From: an uncultured bacterium
GTDB lineage: Bacteria > Zixibacteria > MSB-5A5 > GN15 > FEB-12
Assembly (NCBI GenBank): GCA_965372795.1
Contig: CBDVDR010000004.1
Span: 32,001-96,000, forward strand
Length of the DNA stretch: 64,000 nt
Direction of reading: 5' to 3'
The notes under the pieces were generated by a model. The model did no database searches and was not told where the DNA came from. It was given only the letters and a program-made list of their open reading frames with translations. The translations under genes and the position numbers were made by a program. Numbering within the stretch: position 1 is the first letter of the stretch; each line of letters opens with the position of its first letter. Shown piece by piece: positions 9,922-19,148 of the stretch.

Positions 9922-10917
9922 TTAATTTTCCTCCATGATGCCTTCATGGACATCTATCACTTGAAAAGCTCGTTTTTTTCCAGTTAAACCCGGTCTGCCC
10001 GAGTATTTATTTCTGCCATTGATAAATATATCAATGGGTGTATTAATTTTTTTATCAGACGGAATTATATCACCTATTTTCAATCCTAAAAAATCTTTCA
10101 TTCTGATATTTGTTTTCAGAAGTTCAGCCGTTATACTGGCATCGACAGCTTGCAGATTTTCACTATTGAGATTACGATCCACATCAAGATTTTTCTTTTT
10201 AGTCGCATCAATCCAGTTCTGACCGGAAAGTTTGTTTATAATTGGCTCAATCGAGACGTATGGATAACAGATTGTCAACAGTCCGGTTGACTGAAATAAC
10301 TTGATCTGGAATGAGACAACCACAACCGTTTCTCCCGGCGGTACAATCTGAATAAACTGCGGATTACTTTCAAAGCTCTTCTGTTCAATATTAATTTGAA
10401 CAATATTTTCCCAGGCTTTTTCCAGATCTCGATATAGACGGGCCGATAAACGACCAATAATGGATCGTTCAATTGGTGTTAATTCACGTTCTGATTCCAG
10501 AATTTTCCCGGAACCGCCAAACATACGATCAATGAATGAGAAAGTCAGCGTGGGGTTGAAATCCACTAAGCTCACAGCTTCGAGCGGATCGGCGCTAAAT
10601 GTATACGTACAGGATGGTGTCACCAAAGACATAACAAACTCTGAATAAGTTATCTGATCAACAGAGACCAAATCAACGTCAACAATAGTCCTTAGAATAG
10701 TTGACAATGATGAGCCATAGTGACCGGCAAAGTTATCGTGCATATTTTCAAGAGTTCTAATCTGGTCTTTTGATACACGGTTAGGATGTTTGAAATCATA
10801 CGCTATAACTGAGCGTAATTTTTCATCATTTAAATTATCTTCAACGCCTTCAGAATCTCCTGAAGAAACCGTTGTCAACAACGCATCAATCTCGTCCTGT
10901 GAAAGAATTTTTGCCAC
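9922..10917 (-). CDS. fliM: Flagellar motor switch protein FliM
   Basis: LSQDEIDALL CheY-binding peptide; YDFKHPNR. Confidence 0.97.
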   Translation of the reverse strand: MAKILSQDEIDALLTTVSSGDSEGVEDNLNDEKLRSVIAYDFKHPNRVSKDQIRTLENMHDNFAGHYGSSLSTILRTIVDVDLVSVDQITYSEFVMSLVTPSCTYTFSADPLEAVSLVDFNPTLTFSFIDRMFGGSGKILESERELTPIERSIIGRLSARLYRDLEKAWENIVQINIEQKSFESNPQFIQIVPPGETVVVVSFQIKLFQSTGLLTICYPYVSIEPIINKLSGQNWIDATKKKNLDVDRNLNSENLQAVDASITAELLKTNIRMKDFLGLKIGDIIPSDKKINTPIDIFINGRNKYSGRPGLTGKKRAFQVIDVHEGIMEEN

Positions 10918-10929
10918 GATTCAACTTCC

Positions 10930-11556
10930 TTATTGCATTACAAAATCGGTATAATAAACAGCAGCCAGCTCATCTGTCTGCATTATTTTTGATAGTTTTC
11001 TTTTAATCTGGAATCTGATGATCTCTTTCTGCTTTGGATCAGTTAGGTGTGTAACTGTTTTTGCAGAGAGTAAAGTAATCAACGCATCCCGTATAATCGG
11101 TGTCCGAGCTTCAAATCTTTCCATCTCTTCCTGAGAGTCAAGTTCAAAACCAAATGAAACCGATAGCCAGCGTGATCCGCCTGTACCGGCAGGATTCACT
11201 ACAATATCAGAGAGAGAGAAGACATAATTTTCTTCTACCCCATTTTTATTGCTTGATTTCTTTTTCTTCTTTTTCTTCTTTTTTGGTTTAGATTTACTGG
11301 ATGCCTTTGCAACTTCCTGTCCACCATCATCTGAATTGATTTCTTCAGTCTGACTGTCTTCACCACCATTATCAGACATCATTGGTTTTACAACAAATAT
11401 TGCCAGAGCCAGTCCAATTACTATAGCACCAACTCCAATACCACCAAATATTATCAATTTTTTACTGCCACCAGATTTAGGTTGCTTTGATTCCTTTCCA
11501 GAATCTTTTGCGTCGCCATCTTGTTCGACAATTGTTTTGTCATCATCGTTTGGCAT
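10930..11556 (-). CDS. fliL: Flagellar basal body protein FliL
   Basis: Single TM helix; IVVNPA, IRDALITLLS and VYYTDFVMQ. Confidence 0.92.
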   Translation of the reverse strand: MPNDDDKTIVEQDGDAKDSGKESKQPKSGGSKKLIIFGGIGVGAIVIGLALAIFVVKPMMSDNGGEDSQTEEINSDDGGQEVAKASSKSKPKKKKKKKKKSSNKNGVEENYVFSLSDIVVNPAGTGGSRWLSVSFGFELDSQEEMERFEARTPIIRDALITLLSAKTVTHLTDPKQKEIIRFQIKRKLSKIMQTDELAAVYYTDFVMQ

Positions 11557-11558
11557 TT

Positions 11559-11783
11559 TTATCTCCCATCAGCAGTCTGACAGGTATCCGGATTTTCAAT
11601 CCGAATACCTGATCGACGCTTAAATTCTGCTACTCGTTCAATAATCTCATCGACATTTTCTTTTACCATTATTTTCTTACCGGTCGTAAGAGAGATAATA
11701 GTCTCAGGTATCGGTTCGATAAATTCGATTAAATCGGCGTTAATTACCAATTCTGATTCATTTAGACGAGTAACTTTTATCAT
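11559..11783 (-). CDS. flbD: Small flagellar protein, FlbD/SwrD family
   Basis: MIKVTRLN..VINADLIEFIE.IPETIISLTTGKK..VKE. Confidence 0.92.
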   Translation of the reverse strand: MIKVTRLNESELVINADLIEFIEPIPETIISLTTGKKIMVKENVDEIIERVAEFKRRSGIRIENPDTCQTADGR

Positions 11784-11790
11784 TTACTAA

Positions 11791-13737
11791 TTACCTTTTA
11801 ATATTCACTAATTCATCAAGCATACTATCAGATGTCGTGATGATTCGGGCATTTGCCTGGAATCCACGCTGGGCAGTAATCATGCTTGTAAATTCCTGAG
11901 CGATATCAACTGATGACGATTCGAGCGCACCAGAGGTTATCTCAGCTGAAATTGTTGTTCCGGCAATTCCTTCAATTGGGTCACCAGAGTTAGCAGTTGG
12001 TTGATATACGGACCGTCCGGCTTTACGTAAACCAGCCTGGTTCGTAAAATCTGCCATTATAATTTGTGCCAGCACACGGTTGACACCATTTGTGAAAATA
12101 CCGGATATATTACCAGAACCATCAATTGTAATTTTATCCAAAATACCAACACCATATCCATCCTGTCCAATAATCGTTGCGGTATGATTGCCTGATGCAA
12201 AACCAGTCAAGCCATCATAGTTACCGGCTGATCCGGCATCAAAAGCAATACTCATACTATTGGCGCCATTTTGAGGATTGATAGTCAATTCTTGAGTACC
12301 ACCGTTATATTCAAATGTATTCAGAGATCCATCCGAATTAAATTGAACATACCCAGTACCACCACCAGTGATAACTTCATTACCATTTGCAGCAGCCTGC
12401 CATTCCCAGCGATTCGGAAGGATTGATTTTGTGAATTCAATTGAGATAGTATGTTTACCACCCTGTGAATCAAAGACATTGATTGAGGTAGAGTGAGTGG
12501 TAGTTTCTGTCTCGATTATTAATTCATTCCCCGGGGCAGTCGCACTTAATCCGCCAACAGCATCAATTGTTACGCCGCCACCGCCTAATCCATCCAGTCC
12601 AATTACAAAACCGTTGTTGGAATCAAAAATCATGTCTAAGCTTGTTACTGATGGTCCCGAAGCAGCACCAGTACCTTTAGTTGGTGAAAATGTATCAGTT
12701 GCCACAAATGTTGAAGCTGCTCCGCCGCCGGAGGTAAAGTTAGAACCCGGAGCGACTCCAAAAACAGCATTGACAATATTATTTACAACTGAATTTGATG
12801 ATGTAAAATTGAAAGTTGTCGGTGCGCCAGCATAATCTCTTTCGATCACAATATTACCTGCATCTAATTTGGCAGATATGCCACTTTTTTGATTTATTTC
12901 GTTAATAAGATCTTCGACGTCAGAATCGATAGTCATACCCTGAATTAATTCCGGGGATGCTCCATCAACTGAAATTGAAAAATCATCAAAGCCTGCCCCT
13001 ACAACGCCTAATGACGCAAGGGATGTGCTTGGGGTTAAACCGCCAACGGTTCCAACATACGAGGCTTTGATAGCCTGATTACCAACAATACTAATTGAGT
13101 GGGTTCCACCAACACCATCAGTAACATACTGACCACTTACTCCATCTACTCCGGAAGTACCCTTCTGAGTGATTGACGGAGATGATGTTGTTGCAGATGT
13201 ATCAATATTATTTGAGAGATTAATAAACTCTGTCGGTTTAGCAGGATCCTGTTGACCAAAAGGCAAATTGATAGCTGTAACCGTTGCATTGTTAGGGATA
13301 TTACCTGAGACATCAGCCATCTTACCCATAACAAATAAACCGGTTGCAGGATCAACCAGATTCGAGTTTCCATCAATCCCGAATGCTCCGGCGCGGGTAT
13401 AAAATTTATTGCCACCCGAATCACCAAGGATAAAAAATCCAGAGCCCTGGATTGCAAGGTCAGTAATCTGCCCGGTAGTTTCCAAGCCACCCTGTAAAAA
13501 GATATTATCAATTGAGGCAACCTGCATACCTAATCCAAGCTGGATCGGGTTGGTACCACCGTTTATTGCAGATGGACGACCAGCACCTTTGAAGGTTTGA
13601 ACCAGTGCTTCCTGAAAGTTAACTCTACTGGATTTATAACCAATCGTGTTAATATTGGCAATATTATTACCAATAACGTTCATCTTGACCTGATGGTTTT
13701 TCAGACCGGACACACCGGCAAATAATGAAGCCATCAT
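11791..13737 (-). CDS. flgE: Flagellar hook protein FlgE (long, with inserted domains)
   Basis: SLFAGVSGL..GNNIANINTIGYK and LESSSVDIAQEFTSMITAQRGFQAN; GGAGG 9 nt before ATG at 13737. Confidence 0.96.
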   Translation of the reverse strand: MMASLFAGVSGLKNHQVKMNVIGNNIANINTIGYKSSRVNFQEALVQTFKGAGRPSAINGGTNPIQLGLGMQVASIDNIFLQGGLETTGQITDLAIQGSGFFILGDSGGNKFYTRAGAFGIDGNSNLVDPATGLFVMGKMADVSGNIPNNATVTAINLPFGQQDPAKPTEFINLSNNIDTSATTSSPSITQKGTSGVDGVSGQYVTDGVGGTHSISIVGNQAIKASYVGTVGGLTPSTSLASLGVVGAGFDDFSISVDGASPELIQGMTIDSDVEDLINEINQKSGISAKLDAGNIVIERDYAGAPTTFNFTSSNSVVNNIVNAVFGVAPGSNFTSGGGAASTFVATDTFSPTKGTGAASGPSVTSLDMIFDSNNGFVIGLDGLGGGGVTIDAVGGLSATAPGNELIIETETTTHSTSINVFDSQGGKHTISIEFTKSILPNRWEWQAAANGNEVITGGGTGYVQFNSDGSLNTFEYNGGTQELTINPQNGANSMSIAFDAGSAGNYDGLTGFASGNHTATIIGQDGYGVGILDKITIDGSGNISGIFTNGVNRVLAQIIMADFTNQAGLRKAGRSVYQPTANSGDPIEGIAGTTISAEITSGALESSSVDIAQEFTSMITAQRGFQANARIITTSDSMLDELVNIKR

Positions 13738-13832
13738 AACTTGTTTCCTCCAAGTTTTGGACAAAACCTCTCCATCAAAATGGAGTCCAGTTTTGTTTTT
13801 AAGTTTATCGTTTTCTTTTGTTTTTTCATTTC

Positions 13833-14237
13833 TTAAATAATCACTGCCGAATCAATCGAAGTGATTATTCCTTCACGTAATTTATCATTATCAAAGACTG
13901 TTACTACTGTGCGATTATTAACAGCGACGACAAACGCAGCATCATCGGAAAGCACTAAAGTTTCCTTAGATCCCTTTACTTCGGCTTTATCAATCGCATC
14001 AGCAAGTTTATTTATTTTTTCATCAGTTAATTCGATCCCACGAGAGAACATGCGATCATGGGCATGTTTTGAAAAAGTGACGTCGCGGTTGTTGGCCATT
14101 TCTCGGGAGAACATTTCCTTGAAAGAAATCTGTCCTTTACCAGATTTAATTGCAGTTGGGTTTGAACGTTCGGCAATCTCAATCAGATTTATCGGACGCT
14201 GGTAATTATTTAATTTTATTCCCTGAACTGAACTCAT
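13833..14237 (-). CDS. Flagellar operon protein, TIGR02530-like
   Basis: FSKHAHDRMFSRGI..KAEVKGSKETLVL..NRTVVT..TSIDSAVI; lies between flgD and flgE. Confidence 0.88.
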   Translation of the reverse strand: MSSVQGIKLNNYQRPINLIEIAERSNPTAIKSGKGQISFKEMFSREMANNRDVTFSKHAHDRMFSRGIELTDEKINKLADAIDKAEVKGSKETLVLSDDAAFVVAVNNRTVVTVFDNDKLREGIITSIDSAVII

Positions 14238-14974
14238 TACAGATCCCCATCAGAATTATCGTTTGAAGAGTCGTCATCATTTTCAGTGCTATCGGTAAAA
14301 GCACCCGGCTTACCTACAGCAGACACATCACCTAAGGCAATTTCAGTACCATTAACTCGTAAATAAGCGCCACCATCACGATAGGAGATTGACTCAACTG
14401 AACCAGTGAGAGATAAATTCGGTGTAAAGGTTGCCCCATCGGCTGTTTTAGCTTCAGCAACTACTGAGTAATACCCTTCCGGAACAGAGTTCCCAAAATT
14501 ATCACGACCATCCCAATTTAAACTATTCTTTCCTGATGGAACATCGTAAGTTCTCAGCACGGCGATAGTATCACCCTGTTCATTTTTGAAGCTGAAATTA
14601 ATTTCACTTGCATATTCTTTAGTGTTAAAGTTAAGAACCGCTTGTTTACCATCTTCAACAAACAAGCCTCTATAACTTGCGACCACATCTTTACCGATTA
14701 AGCCGGCAGCCATTGTATTATTAATTGACTGCATTTGTAAAAAATCCCATTCATTTGATGAGCTAATACCATCAGCAATATTATTCATTTGTTCCAAAGT
14801 TGAGAACTGTGCTAATTGAGCTATAAAATCTGCATCTTCCATCGGTTTCATAGGATCCTGATATTTTAATTTCGTAATCATAAGATTCAGGAAATCATCT
14901 TTTCCAAGAGACTGCATACTTCCGGTTTGTTTCGGCTTACCGTTACTATCTGTTGCTGCTGGTGATATCATCAT
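14237..14974 (-). CDS. flgD: Hook capping protein FlgD
   Basis: LGKDDFLNLMITKLKYQDPMKP..FIAQLAQFS; FlgD-Ig WDGRD. Confidence 0.96.
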   Translation of the reverse strand: MMISPAATDSNGKPKQTGSMQSLGKDDFLNLMITKLKYQDPMKPMEDADFIAQLAQFSTLEQMNNIADGISSSNEWDFLQMQSINNTMAAGLIGKDVVASYRGLFVEDGKQAVLNFNTKEYASEINFSFKNEQGDTIAVLRTYDVPSGKNSLNWDGRDNFGNSVPEGYYSVVAEAKTADGATFTPNLSLTGSVESISYRDGGAYLRVNGTEIALGDVSAVGKPGAFTDSTENDDDSSNDNSDGDL

Positions 14975-14983
14975 AATAAACTC

Positions 14984-16693
14984 CTATGCCAGAACATTTA
15001 CACCGTTCGAACCGACATAGTTCGATTGTGATGGCATATAATTTGAGATGGTTTGCTTATCTTCTGCTGATTCATTCAATTCGGAATCAACATTGTTTAC
15101 AGAACGGGTTTTCTGCCATTGAGGATGTCGATTGGCAAAATTGTTCTGAGCGTTATTTCCATTTATATTAACTTCGATATATTCTACTTTAATATCTGCT
15201 TGTGAGAGCTGATCGACTAACTGACTTAAAGAACCCTCAACTGTTGATTTTGCATAGGCGCTGTTAACAATAACTTCAGCACGAAGTGATTGATTTACAA
15301 AAGACAGTTTCAATCTGGCAGGACCAAGATTATCAGGGTTAATCATCAGATTAACTGAATTGCCATTTGGTTTTAAGGCTGTTCTAATATCATCCGGCAG
15401 AATAAATTTCGCCTGGCGAACATTTCCTTTGTCATTAGCTTGAGACTCAAGATTAAACAGTTTGTCGGCGCTTCCAATTTTTGCTCCAGAGAAATCTGTA
15501 TCAGCATCAATCAACTTATTAGTTGTTAAATTATTTTTGAAATTATTGATAGTTGAATTCTTAATCTGCTCGAAATTGTTTTTTCCAAAATTATTAAAAT
15601 CAGATTTGTTCTCAAAATTACTTTTTACTTCTAAAGCTGATTGTTTATCAATCTGCTCTTGATTTCCTTCGGCAGAAATTTTTCGCGTGGCATGAATCTG
15701 GCTGCGTTCAAGTTTTGCTCTTAAAATATTAGCCTGTCCGCTATTTTCAACAACCAGTTCAATTTCAACATGTTTTATATTTGAAGGATTAGATTTCACG
15801 TCAGCTTTAACAGAAACCGGATCAGCTTCTTTAACAATCAATTCTTTTAAATTTAATTTATCAAATAGATTTTCAAGCTTTGATTGTTGATTAATGTTAA
15901 GATCAACTCGACTGTCATTATTTACTTTACCGTTTAATATTTCTTGTGCTTGAGAGGCCGGGATAGAGATTTTGATTTCTCCCTCGGCTTTAGAAGAAAC
16001 AGTCAGACTTAAATTTTCTCCGTCAACTGAAGCATCGACAATATTATATTTGCCAACCGGTAAATCTATTTTCTCTATTGAAAGAATCTCATTAAATTTT
16101 GTTGTAACAACATTATTGGCAAAAAGCAGTTCAGGAATTTTCTCAACACTAACCGGTGCCTTTTCAATCAGCTTATTTATTAACTGCTCAGATTCTGCTG
16201 TTAGTTTTGAAACGGGGTTCAGATTATCATTATAAGTAACCCGATAAATTGATTTATCTTCTACCAAAGCAGTCAAATCAAGTGGATTAGTGATTGATTC
16301 GTTGATTTTTTCCAATGAGAGAGCCGGATTGTTAACTTGTTCCAGAATTTGAGGAGTTTCCAGAGGAGTTTCCAGAGGAGTTTCCAGAGGAGTTTCCAGA
16401 GGAGTTTCCAGAGGAGTTACTTGAGGAGTTACTAATAGAAGCTTACCGTTAGAATTTTCATTTATTTGATTTAGTAAGGCACGATAATCTTCAGGGAGAG
16501 CTTGATTGTTGACTTGTTGATTTAAAAGAGTTTCAACAGCAGTTTCACCTTCTTTTGTACCCAACAGAGAATTCATTAAATTCCCAAACAGGAACGGATC
16601 GGTGTTTTCAGAATTGATACCATTTAAAATGGTATCGCTTCCTTCAACCGGACCGACAAGAAGATCAAATATGTTTACACTGCTGTTATTCAT
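14984..16693 (-). CDS. fliK: Hook-length control protein FliK
   Basis: C-terminal T3S4-like LMINPDNLGPARL..L.QL..QL; long low-complexity N-terminus; upstream of flgD. Confidence 0.85.
   Translation of the reverse strand: MNNSSVNIFDLLVGPVEGSDTILNGINSENTDPFLFGNLMNSLLGTKEGETAVETLLNQQVNNQALPEDYRALLNQINENSNGKLLLVTPQVTPLETPLETPLETPLETPLETPQILEQVNNPALSLEKINESITNPLDLTALVEDKSIYRVTYNDNLNPVSKLTAESEQLINKLIEKAPVSVEKIPELLFANNVVTTKFNEILSIEKIDLPVGKYNIVDASVDGENLSLTVSSKAEGEIKISIPASQAQEILNGKVNNDSRVDLNINQQSKLENLFDKLNLKELIVKEADPVSVKADVKSNPSNIKHVEIELVVENSGQANILRAKLERSQIHATRKISAEGNQEQIDKQSALEVKSNFENKSDFNNFGKNNFEQIKNSTINNFKNNLTTNKLIDADTDFSGAKIGSADKLFNLESQANDKGNVRQAKFILPDDIRTALKPNGNSVNLMINPDNLGPARLKLSFVNQSLRAEVIVNSAYAKSTVEGSLSQLVDQLSQADIKVEYIEVNINGNNAQNNFANRHPQWQKTRSVNNVDSELNESAEDKQTISNYMPSQSNYVGSNGVNVLA
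16351..16434. repeat. 12-bp tandem repeat GAGGAGTTTCCA: 5 perfect plus 2 degenerate copies, encoding (PLET)n in FliK
   Basis: Read directly; perfect copies span 16351-16410. Confidence 0.97.
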
Positions 16694-17464
16694 TTAGTTT
16701 CCTGCAATCGTTATCAATTTCTTGGAAAGATTAGCAGCTCTTTTTGATGGAAGGAGGGACAAAACGGCAGAAGCATTTTTAGTTTTCATTCTCGGAAGAA
16801 TTGAGACCACAGTAGCATCATCCAAATTCGACATCAATTTTGCTACTGCCCGCGAATCCATACCATCATATAACTTGGCTAATTGGGCAACTCTTGACGA
16901 TTCAGCCTGTTCTATTATTAATACTTTTTTAGTAACTTCTTTATTGAGAATATCAAGTTCGCGTTGACGGGTATCGAGATCTTTTTCTTTTTGGGAAAGT
17001 TTTGTTTTTTCCTGATCTATCCAATTGACAGCCTCAAGAGAATCTTCTTCTGACATCAGATATTCTTCTTCATATATCTCAGGATTCAAATCTATATCAA
17101 GTTCTGCCAGTTGTTCCATTATTGCTTCAATGACCGACGGATCATCAGACATTAAAGAATCTTCAAAAGTCATCACATCACTATCAACTTCACTATAAAC
17201 ATCATCTTCGGATTCAGTATAATTTTCGTCTTTTGTTGTATTTTGATCATTGTTTTCCTGATTAGAAGCAACTTCTTCACTAAGTTGATCTTCTGAAACC
17301 GGCTCTGAGCTATCAGATCCCATAAGCATCAGGGTTCCGATCACAACAGCTATAACTACAACAACACCAATACCACCAAACATCAACATCTTCATCATTC
17401 CGCCAGATGATTTAGTATCATTATTTTCTTTTGTTTCTTCAGTCTTTTTGACTTCGTCAGCCAC
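16694..17464 (-). CDS. MotE/FlbB/YlxF-like flagellar protein (TM, coiled coil, MgtE-N-like domain)
   Basis: LAKLYDGMDSRAVAKLMSNL..ILPRMKTKNASAVLSLLP; GTG start with AGGAG; upstream of fliK. Confidence 0.85.
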   Translation of the reverse strand: MADEVKKTEETKENNDTKSSGGMMKMLMFGGIGVVVVIAVVIGTLMLMGSDSSEPVSEDQLSEEVASNQENNDQNTTKDENYTESEDDVYSEVDSDVMTFEDSLMSDDPSVIEAIMEQLAELDIDLNPEIYEEEYLMSEEDSLEAVNWIDQEKTKLSQKEKDLDTRQRELDILNKEVTKKVLIIEQAESSRVAQLAKLYDGMDSRAVAKLMSNLDDATVVSILPRMKTKNASAVLSLLPSKRAANLSKKLITIAGN

Positions 17465-17506
17465 AATAGGCTCCTTATAAAACTTATTATTCCGAGAAAC
17501 CTATTA

Positions 17507-17522
17507 TCACATACCGTGCCAA
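17507..17522 (-). promoter_or_regulatory. sigma54-type promoter heading the flagellar cluster (variant -12)
   Basis: Minus strand TTGGCAC-GGTAT-GTGA. Confidence 0.6.
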
Positions 17523-17718
17523 ACGCACATGGCTCACCTTATCCCCCTGCAAGACATTTACTTACTTAATGAAGCATAGATTTGAGAAATCTTCAATTTC
17601 GGTTATTTGGTGAAGATTTTTCCACTTGGGTGGGAAATAATTAACAAATTGAGCGGATAATAATGTGATGAAACGAAAGCTTGTTCTACATTAATAGGAA
17701 ATTACTGAAAATAAGACT

Positions 17719-19023
17719 TTATACTAATTCGCCGGTAACATAATCATCAAATGCCTGCGTGACTTTGATTTTGATCACTTTCTTGCTCGGTACGACCGAA
17801 TCGGGAATTTTGACTTTCACATAGTTATCAGAAACCCCAAAATGATTCCGGTCCTTCTTTGCTTTAAATTCGCTGATAACTTCAAGGGTCTTCCCTATTT
17901 GCCGTTGAAGCAAATTCTTATTGATTTGGTTGGATAATCTTGTCAATCGAGCATTGCGGTCCTTAACAATCAATGGATTGATTTTATCATCCCTTAAACT
18001 GGCAACTGTTCCGGAACGGTCTGAATAACTGAAAACATGCATATAATCGAGCACACCCGACTCTGCCAGCCGATAAGTTTTCATAAAATCTTCTTCGGTT
18101 TCACCCGGGAATCCAACAATAACATCTGCGCCGATATTAGTATCCGGATTTATTTCACGAACATCCCTCACCCGTTGAAGATAAATTTTCTGATCATAAG
18201 GTCGTTTCATCTCTTTTAAAACTCTTGAAGATGCTGATTGAAGCGGCATATGAAAATGACGGCAAATTCGACCATTCGAGTTCGTATACATCTCTAACAG
18301 ATCGCTTCTGACAGTTTGCGGTTCAATCGAAGAGAGCCTTAAACGAAATAAATCAGTCTTGTCAATTATCAATTGACACAATGTCGCCAGATTTTTTATC
18401 TGAGGATCGGTTTTTCTATTTTTATAATGACCCAGATGTACCCCGGTCAGAACAACTTCGTTAAAACCATTTTCAACAATCTTATTTATTTCATCAATAA
18501 TTTTATTGGGATCACGATTGACCAGCGATCCACGCACTTCGGTAATTTTACAGAATGAACATTGTTGGTTGCAGCCATCTGAAATTTTTATCCAGGCTCG
18601 ATTATGCTCAAAGAAATTGGATAAATCGGTTGAACAGCCTTTGTCCGGTTCGCGGTCGAAAAGATCGGGAAGCTGTGATGTCAGGATATTGACAATATCT
18701 TCTTTCTCACTGTTATGAATAATTACATCAACACCCTCCATCCCAGAGAGTAATTCGGGATCATTATCAACATAACAGCCAGCAACAACAATCCGTCCAT
18801 TTGGATTTTGACGGGCAGCCCGCCGTATCCACTTACGAGCGTCAGAATCAGCACGATGAGTGACGGTGCAGGTATTTATAACGTATAGATCAGCTTTTTC
18901 ATTTTTCTGAATTCTTTCAAATCCATAAGGCATTAAAGCAGTTGCGATTTTTTCAGTTTCATATTGGTTAAGCCGGCACCCAATGGTATGCACGGCAATT
19001 TTTTTCATTCCTTTTTTTTCCAT
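17719..19023 (-). CDS. mtaB: tRNA t6A methylthiotransferase MtaB
   Basis: TIGCRLNQYE, NTCTVT, radical SAM motif CNQQCSFC, C-terminal TRAM-like region. Confidence 0.93.
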   Translation of the reverse strand: MEKKGMKKIAVHTIGCRLNQYETEKIATALMPYGFERIQKNEKADLYVINTCTVTHRADSDARKWIRRAARQNPNGRIVVAGCYVDNDPELLSGMEGVDVIIHNSEKEDIVNILTSQLPDLFDREPDKGCSTDLSNFFEHNRAWIKISDGCNQQCSFCKITEVRGSLVNRDPNKIIDEINKIVENGFNEVVLTGVHLGHYKNRKTDPQIKNLATLCQLIIDKTDLFRLRLSSIEPQTVRSDLLEMYTNSNGRICRHFHMPLQSASSRVLKEMKRPYDQKIYLQRVRDVREINPDTNIGADVIVGFPGETEEDFMKTYRLAESGVLDYMHVFSYSDRSGTVASLRDDKINPLIVKDRNARLTRLSNQINKNLLQRQIGKTLEVISEFKAKKDRNHFGVSDNYVKVKIPDSVVPSKKVIKIKVTQAFDDYVTGELV

Positions 19024-19094
19024 AGCTGAATAATATAACGAAATTCAATTGTAATAGAGCAAAAATAATAGGATAAATTCAATGTTGGGTGAAT

Positions 19095-19126
19095 AAAAAA
19101 AGGCGGACTATTTGATAGTCCGCCTT
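19095..19126 (-). terminator. Intrinsic terminator after rpsA
   Basis: AAGGCGGACTAT-CAA-ATAGTCCGCCTT followed by a U tract. Confidence 0.9.
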
Positions 19127-19148
19127 GAAATATATAAAAATAACCGAT

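Noticed and set aside
11250..11290. Poly-lysine tract in FliL as a phase-variation site
   Set aside because: It uses mixed AAA/AAG codons, has no long homopolymer, and the frame is intact.
13200..13270. Spirochaete-type lysinoalanine cross-link site in FlgE
   Set aside because: The equivalent segment reads GQQDPAKPTEFINLSNNID, and the protein has no cysteine.
16351..16434. The 12-bp repeat as a CRISPR array
   Set aside because: Units are contiguous with no spacers, lie in frame within fliK, and there are no cas genes.
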